NCBI GenBank assembly: GCA_000025185.1
Contig: CP001848.1
Coordinates: 1,671,699 to 1,735,698 of the forward strand
Length of the DNA: 64,000 bases
Direction: 5' to 3'
Source: Pirellula staleyi DSM 6068
Lineage (GTDB): Bacteria; Planctomycetota; Planctomycetia; Pirellulales; Pirellulaceae
Position 1 is the stretch's first letter. Each line of letters begins with the position of its first letter. The position numbers and the translations under genes were made by a program. Shown piece by piece: positions 40,709 to 51,276 of the stretch. The notes under the pieces are model-generated. The model was given only the letters and a program-made list of their open reading frames with translations, was not told the origin of the DNA and searched no databases.

Positions 40709-41632
40709 CTATTTTTCCACCGATTCCTTGGGGAATTCGATGTTAGCGATGACCGGCAAGTGATCGCTGACAAAGCGTCCTGCTGGTGTGAGAGGGTTTT
40801 CGACTACGTGATCGAGCACGACAAAATCGCGCACGAAAATGAAGTCGATTTTGTTGTCCCCTTCCGGAATCGCCTTAAAACCATTGAACGTCGCGGTGGG
40901 GCCTGTCGGTTTCTTCGCGCTCACCCCCTGGGCATCGACGAGTCTCCAGTCACTTGCGGAATCGGGCTTCGCGAGAACGTTCTGAATCGGGTCGCTCGCA
41001 AGTCGCGCGTTAAAGTCGCCGACGAGCACCACAGGCAAATCGGCTGCCAGCTCTTTCAAGCGACGAGCAATCAACTTGCCACTCTCGGCCCGCGCCTCTT
41101 GTCCCATGTGGTCGAAATGGGTGCTGGCGGCGATGAATCTCTTGCCCGTCGATTTGTCCTTGAGCTCGGTCCAGCTGCAAACACGGGGGAGCATCGCGTC
41201 CCATCCTTTGCTGCCGACAACTTCATGAGTCGCAGAGAGCCAAAAGGTCCCTTCGCGGACGAGCTCAAAACGTTCATGGCGATAGAGCAGCGGTGAGAAC
41301 TCTCCTTTGTCTTTTCCATCATCGCGGGCCACTCCCGATCGCTTGAACTCGGGGAGACCTTCGAGCAGATCGCTGATTTGAAAGGCGAGTGCTTCCTGCA
41401 GTCCCAGGATGTCGACTTTCGACTCCTTCAAGTATTTCACCATCGGCTCTTGGCGATGCACCCAGGCATCGTCGCCATCGCGCGCTGTTCCATAGCGAAT
41501 GTTGTAGCTCATCACGCGGAGCGGCTGTGGTTCTGATGTCGGCTCGGCAGCTTCTCCTGAATTGGTAAGGAGTACCGCAGCAAATGCTAAAGAAATCGAT
41601 AGCAATGCGTGAGAAAGTGCTGACGAATTCAT
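40709..41632 (-). CDS. Endonuclease/exonuclease/phosphatase (EEP) family secreted hydrolase.
   Basis: Start ATG 41632 (MNSSALSHALLSISLAFAAVLL signal). LRVMSYNIRYG, LVGDFNA and SDHLPVIANIEF are EEP catalytic motifs. Confidence 0.8.
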   Translation of the reverse strand: MNSSALSHALLSISLAFAAVLLTNSGEAAEPTSEPQPLRVMSYNIRYGTARDGDDAWVHRQEPMVKYLKESKVDILGLQEALAFQISDLLEGLPEFKRSGVARDDGKDKGEFSPLLYRHERFELVREGTFWLSATHEVVGSKGWDAMLPRVCSWTELKDKSTGKRFIAASTHFDHMGQEARAESGKLIARRLKELAADLPVVLVGDFNARLASDPIQNVLAKPDSASDWRLVDAQGVSAKKPTGPTATFNGFKAIPEGDNKIDFIFVRDFVVLDHVVENPLTPAGRFVSDHLPVIANIEFPKESVEK

Positions 41633-41836
41633 TGAGAAGTCTCCAGGAGGCCGTAAATAAGTCGGCAGTAGATGTTGACGAATTAAAGCGTAGTTAGTGT
41701 GAAGTTCGTAAGGAATTGCGGAATTGTGGCGGCGATCCATGGGCCCCTGTCCGCGACAGCGATGGCGGTTTGGGTAATCTGTCGCAAGTGCCTGTTTGGT
41801 AAGGATTTGCGACGCGTCTTTATCCCACTTGGCCCA

Positions 41837-41865
41837 TTGTGACAGGGGGCCAAAACTGCTATATT
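41837..41865 (+). promoter_or_regulatory. Putative sigma70-like promoter for gyrA (TTGTGA-N17-TATATT).
   Basis: ttgtgacagggggccaaaactgctatatt, about 95 nt upstream of the TTG start at 41960. Confidence 0.35.
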
Positions 41866-41959
41866 CTGGGGCAATTGCTGGCTCCCTCCAAAACGCCCCC
41901 TCCAGGCTCCTGTTTTCGCCTCGGAGCCACCTGCGATCAACCCCCGAAAGGATTCTCGC

Positions 41960-44776
41960 TTGTCGTCAGACTTCGATCCACCTAGTGGGCCTTCCGCTTC
42001 CGAACTTCCTCCCGGTGATGATGGCACGCGGTTCCTCGATCAGCCGATTGAGGACGAGCTCAAGGAGAGTTATCTCACCTACGCGATGAGCGTGATCGTC
42101 AGCCGCGCGCTCCCCGACGTGCGCGACGGTCTGAAGCCTTCGCAGCGACGCATTTTGGTCGCCATGAACGACCTTAATCTCACGCCCGGTGCGCCGCGCG
42201 TCAAATGCGCGAAGATTTCGGGCGATACCAGCGGTAACTATCACCCGCACGGCGAAAGCGTGATCTATCCCACGCTGGTGCGCATGGCCCAAGAGTGGAA
42301 CATGCGTCACATCCTGATCGACAAGCAAGGAAACTTCGGATCGATCGCTGGTCTGCCACCAGCAGCCATGCGATACACCGAAGCGCGACTCTCCCCTGTC
42401 GCATCGATGATGCTCGAGGATTTGAATCTCGACACCGTCGACTTTGTGCCGACTTACGACGAGCGGAATCAAGAGCCGACGGTACTCCCCTGCCGCTTCC
42501 CAAACTTGCTCGTCAACGGCGCGCAAGGAATCGCGGTCGGTATGGCGACGAGCATTCCGCCGCACAACCTGGGGGAAGTTTGCGAAGCGCTCGTCAAGGT
42601 GATCGATGACCCCGAAGTGACCCTCGGCGAACTCTGCGAGATCATCAAAGGCCCCGACTTCCCAACGGGCGGCACTATTTGTGGACGCGCCGGCATTCGC
42701 CGCGGCTATCGCGACGGTCGCAGCACCATCGTGCTGCGGGCCAAGACTCGGATCGAAGAGCATAAAAAAGATCGCTACCGCATCATCATCACCGAGATTC
42801 CTTACCAGCAAGCGCGCGATCGTGTGGTCGAAAAGATCGCCGAACTGGTGAATGAAGAGCGGATCAAGGGTATTTCCGGGATTACCGATCTCTCGGATCT
42901 CAAAGAGCCAGTCCACTTGGTGATCGACATCAAGCGCGATGCCGATCCGTACGTGGTGCTCAATCAGCTCTATCAGTTCTCGCCACTGCAAGATTCGATT
43001 TCGATCATCCTGCTGGCTCTCGTCGATGGAAAGCCGCGCGAGCTTTCGCTCAAGGAATTGCTCGAAGAGTTCCTGCGGCATCGCGTGACCGTCATTCGCC
43101 GGCGGACGCAGTTTCTGCTGTCGAAGGCTCGTCGCCGCAAGCACACCGTCGAGGGTTTGCTGCTGGCGCTGGCCAATATCGACGAGATCATTCGGATCAT
43201 TCGCGCATCTCGCACCCAGGCGGAAGCCAAGGTCGGCCTGATGGGGGTCGAATGCCCAGCGGCGATGATGCAGCGAGCGTTGGGAGAAGAAGGGTTCGCG
43301 ATGTTCCAGTCGGAACGTGGCGCGAGCGACACCTATCGCCTGACCGCAGTGCAGTCGGAAGCGATCTTGCGCATGACGCTCGGTCAGCTCGTCAACCTCG
43401 AGCAAGAGCGTCTCGGCGGCGAGCATGCCGAACTCCTCAAGGAGATTGCCGAATACCTCCGCATTCTGGCCGACGAAAACATCATCCGGGCGATGATCAA
43501 GGAAGAGCTGATCGCCATCGCTGCCAAGTATGGTGACGAGCGGCGTACTGAAATTAGTGGCGAAGAGATTGGGGACGTCAATCTCGAGGATCTGATCACC
43601 GAAGAGACGATGGTGGTCTCGATCAGTCATCGTGGTTACATCAAGCGCACGCCGGCTAGCACCTATCGTGCTCAGCGCCGGGGTGGCAAGGGACTCAAAG
43701 GTGCGAAGACGGAGGACGAAGATCCGATCGCGCATCTGTTCGTCGCCAGCACACATGCCTACCTGCTGTTTTTCACGAATCTTGGCCGGGTCTACTGGCA
43801 GAAGGTTTACGACTTGCCCGAGTTGTCGCGCGAGAGTCGTGGCCGCGCGATTGTGAACCTGCTCAACCTTTCGGAAGGTGAGAAGATCGCCGAGTGCATC
43901 GCGATTCGCGACTTCGATCAGCAAGGTCACTTCCTGATGATGGCGACCCGAAAGGGGCTCGTGAAGAAATCGCCACTCGAGGATTACAGCCGACCGAAGA
44001 AGGGTGGCATCATCGCGATCAAACTTCGCGAAGATGATGAAGTGGTCGATGTGGTTGTCACCAAGCCCGGCGATGAAGTGGTGCTTTCCACCTCCACCGG
44101 CATGGCAATCCGGTTCAGCGAATCGGATGCGCGGCCGATGGGACGCAACACTTCCGGCGTGAAGGGGATCTCGCTTGCCAGCGGCGATTCGCTCGTCGGT
44201 ATGGTGGTGGCTGATCCCGACGCCACGCTCCTCACCGTTTGCGAAAATGGTTATGGAAAGCGGACCAACTTTGGTCCCAACGCCGAAGTGGTGGGACCAC
44301 CACCTGCCGATGATGACAGTATTGATACCGGCAGTATTGATACCAGCAGTGCCGAAGCCGAAACTGTAGTCGCCGAGCCCCCTGCTCCTGCGGAAGAAGC
44401 AGCCGCGGAGGACGAAGGAGACGAAGAGGGTTCGAGCGGCTCGCGCTATCGGACCCAGCGTCGCGGTGGCAAGGGGCTGCGCGATATCAAGACGACGACT
44501 CGCAACGGCACCGTGATCGCCGTGGCCCGCGTCGACGATACCGAAGAAGTGCTGATGATGACAGCCCGCGGCAAGTTGCAGCGGATCGCCGCCCGCGAGA
44601 TCAAAACGATCGGACGCAACACGCAAGGTGTCCGGATCATGAGCCTCGACGACGACGACAAACTCGTAGCTGTGGTTCGTGTGCCGCGCGATGAAGCGGA
44701 AGTGACGGATCTAGCTGCTCTGGGCGCACTTCCCCCCGAACTGCCGCCACCAGCACCAGCGGGCGACGCGAGCTAA
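41960..44776 (+). CDS. gyrA: DNA gyrase subunit A, with an acidic insertion and a second QRRGGKG box in the C-terminal domain.
   Basis: TTG start. [26 protein letters not shown]...[20 protein letters not shown]. The active-site Tyr lies in [10 protein letters not shown]. GyrA box [10 protein letters not shown], then an acidic insertion ([22 protein letters not shown]...[15 protein letters not shown]), then [10 protein letters not shown] again. Confidence 0.9.
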   Translation: MSSDFDPPSGPSASELPPGDDGTRFLDQPIEDELKESYLTYAMSVIVSRALPDVRDGLKPSQRRILVAMNDLNLTPGAPRVKCAKISGDTSGNYHPHGESVIYPTLVRMAQEWNMRHILIDKQGNFGSIAGLPPAAMRYTEARLSPVASMMLEDLNLDTVDFVPTYDERNQEPTVLPCRFPNLLVNGAQGIAVGMATSIPPHNLGEVCEALVKVIDDPEVTLGELCEIIKGPDFPTGGTICGRAGIRRGYRDGRSTIVLRAKTRIEEHKKDRYRIIITEIPYQQARDRVVEKIAELVNEERIKGISGITDLSDLKEPVHLVIDIKRDADPYVVLNQLYQFSPLQDSISIILLALVDGKPRELSLKELLEEFLRHRVTVIRRRTQFLLSKARRRKHTVEGLLLALANIDEIIRIIRASRTQAEAKVGLMGVECPAAMMQRALGEEGFAMFQSERGASDTYRLTAVQSEAILRMTLGQLVNLEQERLGGEHAELLKEIAEYLRILADENIIRAMIKEELIAIAAKYGDERRTEISGEEIGDVNLEDLITEETMVVSISHRGYIKRTPASTYRAQRRGGKGLKGAKTEDEDPIAHLFVASTHAYLLFFTNLGRVYWQKVYDLPELSRESRGRAIVNLLNLSEGEKIAECIAIRDFDQQGHFLMMATRKGLVKKSPLEDYSRPKKGGIIAIKLREDDEVVDVVVTKPGDEVVLSTSTGMAIRFSESDARPMGRNTSGVKGISLASGDSLVGMVVADPDATLLTVCENGYGKRTNFGPNAEVVGPPPADDDSIDTGSIDTSSAEAETVVAEPPAPAEEAAAEDEGDEEGSSGSRYRTQRRGGKGLRDIKTTTRNGTVIAVARVDDTEEVLMMTARGKLQRIAAREIKTIGRNTQGVRIMSLDDDDKLVAVVRVPRDEAEVTDLAALGALPPELPPPAPAGDAS

Positions 44777-44799
44777 GTCATCCTGCTCCGATTGATCCA

Positions 44800-44840
44800 A
44801 AAACGGCTTCCGCAGCTATAGCGGGAGCCGTTTTCTGCGT
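44800..44840 (+). terminator. Rho-independent terminator after gyrA.
   Basis: aaaacggcttccgc-agctatag-gcgggagccgtttt followed by ttttctgcg. Confidence 0.6.
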
Positions 44841-44969
44841 AATATGGTGCAAGTTCGTGGCTACCACGCCGCTCTTCACTCGCGAAGTCCTTTTCCCAAC
44901 CACGCTTCGCTCGGAAGTCTCCCTTTTCTCTAGCCAGTTTGCTTCTCCGAATACGCCAAAGGCTGTCTT

Positions 44970-46280
44970 ATGAAAATCGCCATGATCGGGACTGGCTACG
45001 TGGGACTTGTCACCGGAACATGCCTGGCCGACAGCGGGAATGAAGTGACCTGCGTCGACATCGACCAGGCGAAGATCGAGCGGCTCGAGCAGGGAGTGAT
45101 TCCGATCTTTGAGCCGGGGCTGTCGGAACTTGTGGTGCGGAATGCTCAGGCGGGGCGACTGCGATTCACCACGCGAACTGCATCCGCTGTCGCATCGGCT
45201 CAGCTGATTTTTTTGGCGGTCGGAACTCCGAGCGCCGAAGATGGTTCCGCCGATCTCAAGTACCTTTGGTCGGCTGTCGAATCGATTGCGCCGCACTTGG
45301 CTCCCGATGCCGTGGTGGTCGTAAAGAGCACGGTTCCTGTGGGCACGAATGCGGCGATTTTTGCCAAGCTTGCCGCGCTCACGGGGCGCGTTTGCGACGT
45401 CGCCAGCAACCCTGAATTCCTCAAGGAAGGGGCGGCGATTAACGATTTTCAGTATCCCGATCGTGTCGTCGTGGGGGTCCGCTCGGAACATGCAGAAACG
45501 CTGCTGCAGGAACTCTATGGCCCTTATCTGCGAACCGACAAACCGTTCCTGTCGATGACCCCCGAGAGCGCCGAGTTGACGAAGTATGTCGCCAACGCGC
45601 TCCTCTCGACGAAGATCAGCTTCATCAACGAAATGGCGAATCTGTGCGAGCGATTGAAGGGTGATATCAACGATGTTCGGCGTGGCATCGGGCACGATCG
45701 TCGAATTGGATTTCAGTTCCTCTTTCCCGGTGTGGGTTACGGTGGAAGCTGTTTTCCCAAGGATGTTCGGGCGCTCGCGAACATGGCACGCAAGGTGAAT
45801 CTCGAGCCACGGATGCTGCTGGCTGTTGACGAAGTGAACAACGCGCAAAAGAGCGTGCTGATCGAAAAGATCTCGACCTATTTTGGAGAGGCGCTCCCGG
45901 GGCGCACGATCGCGATTTGGGGACTCGCCTTTAAGCCACGGACCGACGACATTCGCGAAGCACCAGCGCTCGTGCTGATCGACTACCTGCTCGAGCAGGG
46001 TTGCCGCGTGATCGTTCACGATCCTGAAGCGATCGAGAATGTGAAACAGCAGTACGGCAGTCGGCTGATCTATTGCACACAGCCGATGGATGCGCTCGAG
46101 GGAGCCGACGCCCTCGCGATCAACACCGAATGGGGCGAGTTTCGAAACCCCAACTTCGACGAAATGCGTCGCCGCATGAAACAGCCGGTGATCTTCGACG
46201 GCCGCAATTTGTACGAGCCAGAGCAGATGCGCCAGCATCAGTTCGTGTACCACTCGATCGGTCGTATTGCGGTCGAGTAA
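44970..46280 (+). CDS. ugd: UDP-glucose 6-dehydrogenase (UDP-glucose/GDP-mannose dehydrogenase family).
   Basis: [32 protein letters not shown] Rossmann. [12 protein letters not shown] with the catalytic Cys. [12 protein letters not shown]. Confidence 0.85.
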   Translation: MKIAMIGTGYVGLVTGTCLADSGNEVTCVDIDQAKIERLEQGVIPIFEPGLSELVVRNAQAGRLRFTTRTASAVASAQLIFLAVGTPSAEDGSADLKYLWSAVESIAPHLAPDAVVVVKSTVPVGTNAAIFAKLAALTGRVCDVASNPEFLKEGAAINDFQYPDRVVVGVRSEHAETLLQELYGPYLRTDKPFLSMTPESAELTKYVANALLSTKISFINEMANLCERLKGDINDVRRGIGHDRRIGFQFLFPGVGYGGSCFPKDVRALANMARKVNLEPRMLLAVDEVNNAQKSVLIEKISTYFGEALPGRTIAIWGLAFKPRTDDIREAPALVLIDYLLEQGCRVIVHDPEAIENVKQQYGSRLIYCTQPMDALEGADALAINTEWGEFRNPNFDEMRRRMKQPVIFDGRNLYEPEQMRQHQFVYHSIGRIAVE

Positions 46281-46413
46281 AGCGGTTCGCGATCGCGGCG
46301 GCTAGGTGTAGTCGACTTGAATTTTTCGAGCTATCAAATCGACTACAAAACCGAGGGCTTGCTCCTTCGCGGCGTCGCTGCAGCTAGTTTCCGCCGGGGA
46401 CGCACTATTTTGC

Positions 46414-46440
46414 GCAAGTGTATTTCTTACAAACACTTGC
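46414..46440. promoter_or_regulatory. Perfect 8-bp inverted repeat GCAAGTGT-N11-ACACTTGC upstream of the 46584 gene; possible operator.
   Basis: gcaagtgtatttcttacaaacacttgc. A 12-bp-stem hairpin gtagtcgacttga...tcaaatcgactac lies just 3' of ugd at about 46309-46347. Confidence 0.3.
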
Positions 46441-46583
46441 AATCGATCTGCTGGCGACGCTAGTGCTGTCGCTGCTCGATTTGGCACGCCGGGTGCATTC
46501 TCTCTTCAGGCATGCGGAGAAGTCAACTTCTGACGACTCGCACACGACCAAGCTTTCCTGCATAGACCCAGGAGACGGATGCC

Positions 46584-47189
46584 ATGAAGACTCTGATTGC
46601 CACTGCTGCCACGATTGTTTCTTTGGTGATGTTTTCGGCCACGGCCCAGGCCGATCACCGCGACGACTTCCGTCGCGACGTTTTCAGCGACATCAAGCGG
46701 GTCGCTTGTGCGATTGGTAACACCGCTGCCGAGTTGCAGCGCGAAGTTCGCCTGCTCGACCGGAGTGGTCACCTGGCCTCGCATGCTCGTGACCTCGAGC
46801 GTGCCGCGCGTCGGGTTGAGTCGGCAGCCGTGACTGGTTGCAACCTCGATAACCTGATTCGCGATGTCCGTAAGCTCGAAGTGATCCGCTGCCAGCTTGA
46901 CGACGAAGTTTCGGAAATCCGTTTCACGTCGTACTCGCCATGGGATCGTGGACATCACCACGGAAGTGGTCGCCCCTCGAGCACGCGTGAAGCTCGGTAC
47001 CTGCTCGACCAGGCTGAAGGTCAGATTGCTCAGCTCGATCGTCTGGTGTGCGAAGCTCAGCGAGTGGTAGTGCGTCGCCCTTCGGTTCCAGTTCATCCTG
47101 GCTATGGTCGTCCCAGCTACGGTCCCCGCCCTGCAAGTCCTCAAGTAGGTTTCACGATCGGTGGCTTCTCGTTCCAGCTTGGTCGCTAG
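46584..47189 (+). CDS. Secreted hypothetical protein (signal peptide; Arg/Asp-rich; C-terminal Pro/Gly-rich tail).
   Basis: MKTLIATAATIVSLVMFSATAQA signal. No recognisable family. Confidence 0.45.
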   Translation: MKTLIATAATIVSLVMFSATAQADHRDDFRRDVFSDIKRVACAIGNTAAELQREVRLLDRSGHLASHARDLERAARRVESAAVTGCNLDNLIRDVRKLEVIRCQLDDEVSEIRFTSYSPWDRGHHHGSGRPSSTREARYLLDQAEGQIAQLDRLVCEAQRVVVRRPSVPVHPGYGRPSYGPRPASPQVGFTIGGFSFQLGR

Positions 47190-47289
47190 TACCAGCCATC
47201 TGCAAAATGCTCAAGCAGCCTTGTCGCCGCGAGGCTGCCTGAGTAAGTCAGAAACCGAGCGAAATTCCAAAATCAAAGTACGAAACAGC

Positions 47290-47325
47290 GAGGCCCCATC
47301 GATCCAGCAGGATTGGTGGGGCCTC
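47290..47325. terminator. Bidirectional hairpin terminator between convergent genes.
   Basis: gaggcccca-N18-tggggcctc (9-bp perfect stem) followed by gaacattttcttg. Confidence 0.5.
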
Positions 47326-47396
47326 GAACATTTTCTTGATCTAGCCGCGCATCGCATACAGGCATTCGCAGCATCGACGCGCGGAGCAGACGCAGA

Positions 47397-48482
47397 TTAT
47401 TCTGCCAGCCGGACGATGTAGTAGCTGTTCATGATGTCGTGCGGCAAACGCTTCACCTCCGGGAGCGAAAAACCAGCGTTTTTCAGCATTTTACAAGCTA
47501 ATTCCTCGCCCCACGCGGTGCCGAGTCCCATGCCACCACTGGCGAGCGACACCGTCATGCAGTGCATCGTCGAGATGGTATAGAGGAACGGCCCGAGCGG
47601 ATGGTCGATGTTCTTTTCGACGTAGCTGGAAGCGGTGATGTCTTGCATCAGGAACACACCACCATCGAGCAGAGCCCGCGCGATGTTGGCGAGCACCAGA
47701 TCGGGACGCGCTTGATCGTGAATCGCATCGAAGGCGGTGATCAAGTCGTACTGCCGATGATCGTCGATCTTGGCAGCATCACGAACGGCGAAGCGAATGT
47801 TCGCGAGGTTTTTGGCGGCAGCTTCGCGAGTTGCAGCTTCGATCGCTTCTTCACTGAAATCGTAGCCGGTGAATTGGCTGTGCGGAAATCGCTCGGCCAG
47901 TGCAATCATCGCGCGACCACGTCCGCAACCGACGTCGAGCACTTCGATCCCTTCTTCCAGGCGCGCCTGGAGTCCGTCGACGAGCGGCAGGATATGCTCG
48001 AATAAACCGCCGACCGTACTTTGGTTGCTCTCTTCCGCCATCACTTCATGGAATCGCTTGAAGCGGCAGTAGTGCACGCCACCCCCCTGCTGAAAACGCT
48101 CGACCACTTCGTCCTCGACGCTGCCCAGCACACTAATCCACTGCATGGTGGCTGCCATGTTGCTGGGAGCACCAGCGCGGGTGAGAAGTGCTGCGCGATG
48201 CGCGGGGAGCCAGTACTGCTGCGTGGCAGCGTCGTAGTCGACCACTTTGCCGGTGACCATCGCGCCGAGCCATTCGCGAACATAGCGTTCTTGAAGTCCG
48301 GTTCGCGCTGCGATCTCGGTGCTGGTGGCAGGGTCCATCTGAGACATGGCGTCCCAAAGTCCTGTCCGGTGCCCAATCGAGAGCATCATCGAGAGTCCGC
48401 TGGCGTTGATAACTCCCAGCAGACGTTCGCCAAACTCTTCGGTCGTCTCTTGCGTGTGCGACAAACTTTCCATCGTGGCCAT
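47397..48482 (-). CDS. Class I SAM-dependent methyltransferase with an N-terminal winged-helix/dimerisation domain (O-methyltransferase-like).
   Basis: VLDVGCGRGRAMIALAERFP motif I, YDFSEEAIEAA post-I, ITAFDAIHDQARPD. Confidence 0.7.
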   Translation of the reverse strand: MATMESLSHTQETTEEFGERLLGVINASGLSMMLSIGHRTGLWDAMSQMDPATSTEIAARTGLQERYVREWLGAMVTGKVVDYDAATQQYWLPAHRAALLTRAGAPSNMAATMQWISVLGSVEDEVVERFQQGGGVHYCRFKRFHEVMAEESNQSTVGGLFEHILPLVDGLQARLEEGIEVLDVGCGRGRAMIALAERFPHSQFTGYDFSEEAIEAATREAAAKNLANIRFAVRDAAKIDDHRQYDLITAFDAIHDQARPDLVLANIARALLDGGVFLMQDITASSYVEKNIDHPLGPFLYTISTMHCMTVSLASGGMGLGTAWGEELACKMLKNAGFSLPEVKRLPHDIMNSYYIVRLAE

Positions 48483-48885
48483 GGCCTAACTTCTCCAAAA
48501 CGTGACTTGTGGTGATCGGAGATACCGCCAGATGTCAGCTGCACCCGTTGCAGTGCTTAGCGGCTGTCGATCACGCTCTCTTCGTTCGATTCTGTGCGAG
48601 GCGTGCTTCCGGGGGATTTGTTACAGCCCCGCGAGGAAAAAGGGGCTAGCACCCTTCGGTCCCGACAGATTTCTGAGGAAATTCGTTGCTGGGGGCGGGA
48701 ATCCTGTAACAAGTGGCGGTGGCTCGCAAGTAAGTAATGGGGCAGTGTGCGCCGTTCTTTCCAAGGCCGGCTGTTTCGGCCCCGAAGTTGCTCGGAAGTT
48801 CGTGGGTTGATTGGCAGTGGCGACAGACGAGCGATACACTAAAAAGGTTCGCTCGAAGGCTTTTCTTCGGCTTCGCTTCTCGTAG

Positions 48886-51153
48886 ATGCAGATTGAAGTT
48901 CGTTTCATGGCGGTGCCTGCTCATCAAGATTCCGAATTGCAGCACAGCTTCGGCCCGGGCGAAGTGACGTTCGACTATTTGCCGCTGGAGTCGACAACTG
49001 CGCCCAACTTGCCGGTGAACGTGCAGCCCGAGAATCGGCTGCCGGTTTTCGATTTGGCATCGACCGGTCCTTTGGAACTTCCGCCAGCCCTCACGACGAA
49101 CGTGGCACCAGCGCCGGCACAACGTCAGGTCCCTCGATCGTCCGCGCAAGTCAAAGCACGTGGCGCGGGAGAGATTTGGCTCGAGGGGGATGTGATTCTG
49201 TGCGCCTGCCCCGATTGCCGGGCGCCGATGTCGATTCGTATCTGGCTGCTGATTGCCGACTGCTGGAAGTGCGGCACATCGATCGAACTCGACGAACAGC
49301 AAGAGCGCGAGGTGCAGCGACTGCTCGAGCAGCGGAAGCAAGAACCGGCAGCTCCGGTTGCTCAGGTTCCGGTTGCTCCAGCGCCGGTCGTGCCACCTGC
49401 CAAGGTTGAAAAGAAGAGTGTGGCGCCGATTCCTCCACCACCAGCGCCGGTGTCGCCACTGGCAGCGACGGCCGAGATGCCCGATGCAGGTGGAGTGGAT
49501 GTGATGATGCAGATGGGTCCGCTGCTGCCAGCGCGACCACCACGTCCCACAACTTCGCCAGCGCGCCGCGAGGAAATGCGCGACGAAGCTGTACCTCGGC
49601 AGCGCTTCAAAGGAGCTGTGACAGCCGAAGCGCCTGCAGCCGCCGCCGTAGCGCCAGCCGAGCAAGCGCGCCCCAAACAAAAACGTCGCCGCGTGCTGCA
49701 GAAGCAAACGTCGATCATCAAGAGTCTGTTCAAAGATACGCCCGCCTGGCTCGTGAGCATGCTGATTCACATGGTGCTGCTGACGCTCCTGGGAATCTTC
49801 AGCCTGCCGATCGAGGATGAAGAAGGTCCGTGGATTTTGCTCAGCACGTCGGCGCGCATCGAACGAAAGCCGGGCGAGGATGTGGTGAAGATCGAGCCGC
49901 AGCAAGAGGAAGCCAAATTCGATCTGCCGATTCCAGTGACAGCCGACATCAACGATGCCCAGCAGCGTCAGGTGCTGATCGCTGCCAATCAAGACGCGCG
50001 TGATCTGCGGCTCGATGAATCGCAAGCGCTGCCACTGGCGAATGTCGAGGATGTGAAGCGGCGCATCAACGAATCGTCGGGCAACTCGGGACTGGTCGCC
50101 GCGCGCGATCCTCGACTGCGTGTCGAAGTGGTGCAGCAGGAAGGTGGCACCACGCTTACCGAAGCGGCGGTCGCGCGTGGTTTGCGCTGGCTCGCCGAAC
50201 ATCAAAACAGCGATGGAAGCTGGAGCCTTCGTGGCTTCAAGCATGCCGCCGATTGCAACTGCGATGGAGATGGCGGTTTTGGGGGTAAAGCGCCCGGCAC
50301 GGCGCTCGCCATGTTGCCCTTTTTGGGAGCGGGCCAAACGCACCAGGTGGGCAAGTATAAGAACACCGTTTCCAAGGGACTTCGCTGGATGCTTACGCAT
50401 CAGGGAGAGAATGGAGACCTGCGCGACGGAGCCAATGGAACCGAAGGGATGTACACCCACGGCCAAGGGACGATCGTCTTGTGCGAAGCTTTTGCGATGA
50501 CCGGCGATGAACAGCTCCGCATCCCCGCGCAGCGTGCGGTCGACTTCATTTTGAAAGCCCAATACAACGACGGCGGCTGGCGCTACTCTCCCACCACGCG
50601 CAGCGAACGTGGCGACACGAGTGTCGTTGGTTGGCAGTTGATGGCGCTGCAAAGTGCACGGGCGGCGAATCTCACGGTTCCCGATCAATCGCTCGGCATG
50701 GCGTCGTTGTTCTTTGATGGTGTGCAGTCGCGCGATGGCGAGCGCTATGCTTACATGCGTGGCCAAACCGCCACGCCGGTCATGACAGCCGAAGCGCTGC
50801 TGTGCCGCATGTATTTGGGCTGGAATAAAGAGAATCCCGCGCTTGAAAACGGAGTGAAATGGCTCGTCGAGAATCATCCACCCAGCCGCAGTGAAGCCAA
50901 CATCTACTACTGGTATTACGCCACGCAAACCATGCATCACTATGGTGGCGAGGAGTGGGAACAGTGGAACTTGAAGATGCGCGATATCTTGGTGGAATCG
51001 CAAGAGAGTAGCGGTCACCGCGCAGGAAGTTGGAATCCGCGCGGCGATCATGCTTCTGCGGGAGGCCGCATTTATATGACGGCGCTCTCCGTTTGTAGTT
51101 TGGAAGTTTACTACCGCCATCTGCCCATCTTTCGGCAGATCAAACTCGACTAA
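48886..51153 (+). CDS. Membrane-anchored protein: N-terminal zinc ribbon, Pro/Ala-rich linker, one TM helix and an alpha/alpha-toroid prenyltransferase/squalene-oxidase-repeat domain.
   Basis: CACPDCRAPMS...CWKCGTS ribbon. KQKRRRVLQK plus TM (AWLVSMLIHMVLLTLLGIFSL). Repeated QxxDGSW/GGW motifs (EHQNSDGSWS, AQYNDGGWRY, LTHQGENGDL). Start may be 48907. Confidence 0.6.
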   Translation: MQIEVRFMAVPAHQDSELQHSFGPGEVTFDYLPLESTTAPNLPVNVQPENRLPVFDLASTGPLELPPALTTNVAPAPAQRQVPRSSAQVKARGAGEIWLEGDVILCACPDCRAPMSIRIWLLIADCWKCGTSIELDEQQEREVQRLLEQRKQEPAAPVAQVPVAPAPVVPPAKVEKKSVAPIPPPPAPVSPLAATAEMPDAGGVDVMMQMGPLLPARPPRPTTSPARREEMRDEAVPRQRFKGAVTAEAPAAAAVAPAEQARPKQKRRRVLQKQTSIIKSLFKDTPAWLVSMLIHMVLLTLLGIFSLPIEDEEGPWILLSTSARIERKPGEDVVKIEPQQEEAKFDLPIPVTADINDAQQRQVLIAANQDARDLRLDESQALPLANVEDVKRRINESSGNSGLVAARDPRLRVEVVQQEGGTTLTEAAVARGLRWLAEHQNSDGSWSLRGFKHAADCNCDGDGGFGGKAPGTALAMLPFLGAGQTHQVGKYKNTVSKGLRWMLTHQGENGDLRDGANGTEGMYTHGQGTIVLCEAFAMTGDEQLRIPAQRAVDFILKAQYNDGGWRYSPTTRSERGDTSVVGWQLMALQSARAANLTVPDQSLGMASLFFDGVQSRDGERYAYMRGQTATPVMTAEALLCRMYLGWNKENPALENGVKWLVENHPPSRSEANIYYWYYATQTMHHYGGEEWEQWNLKMRDILVESQESSGHRAGSWNPRGDHASAGGRIYMTALSVCSLEVYYRHLPIFRQIKLD

Positions 51154-51276
51154 TTTTCTCGCGCGCTGTTTCTCATTCTCGTGCGTTGCATCGCCGATGG
51201 AAGGAGCTAGTGCCATTGCTGCATGCAGGGCAGTGATGTGCAGCTACGATCACTTCTAGCCAGGCGCACCAACCCG

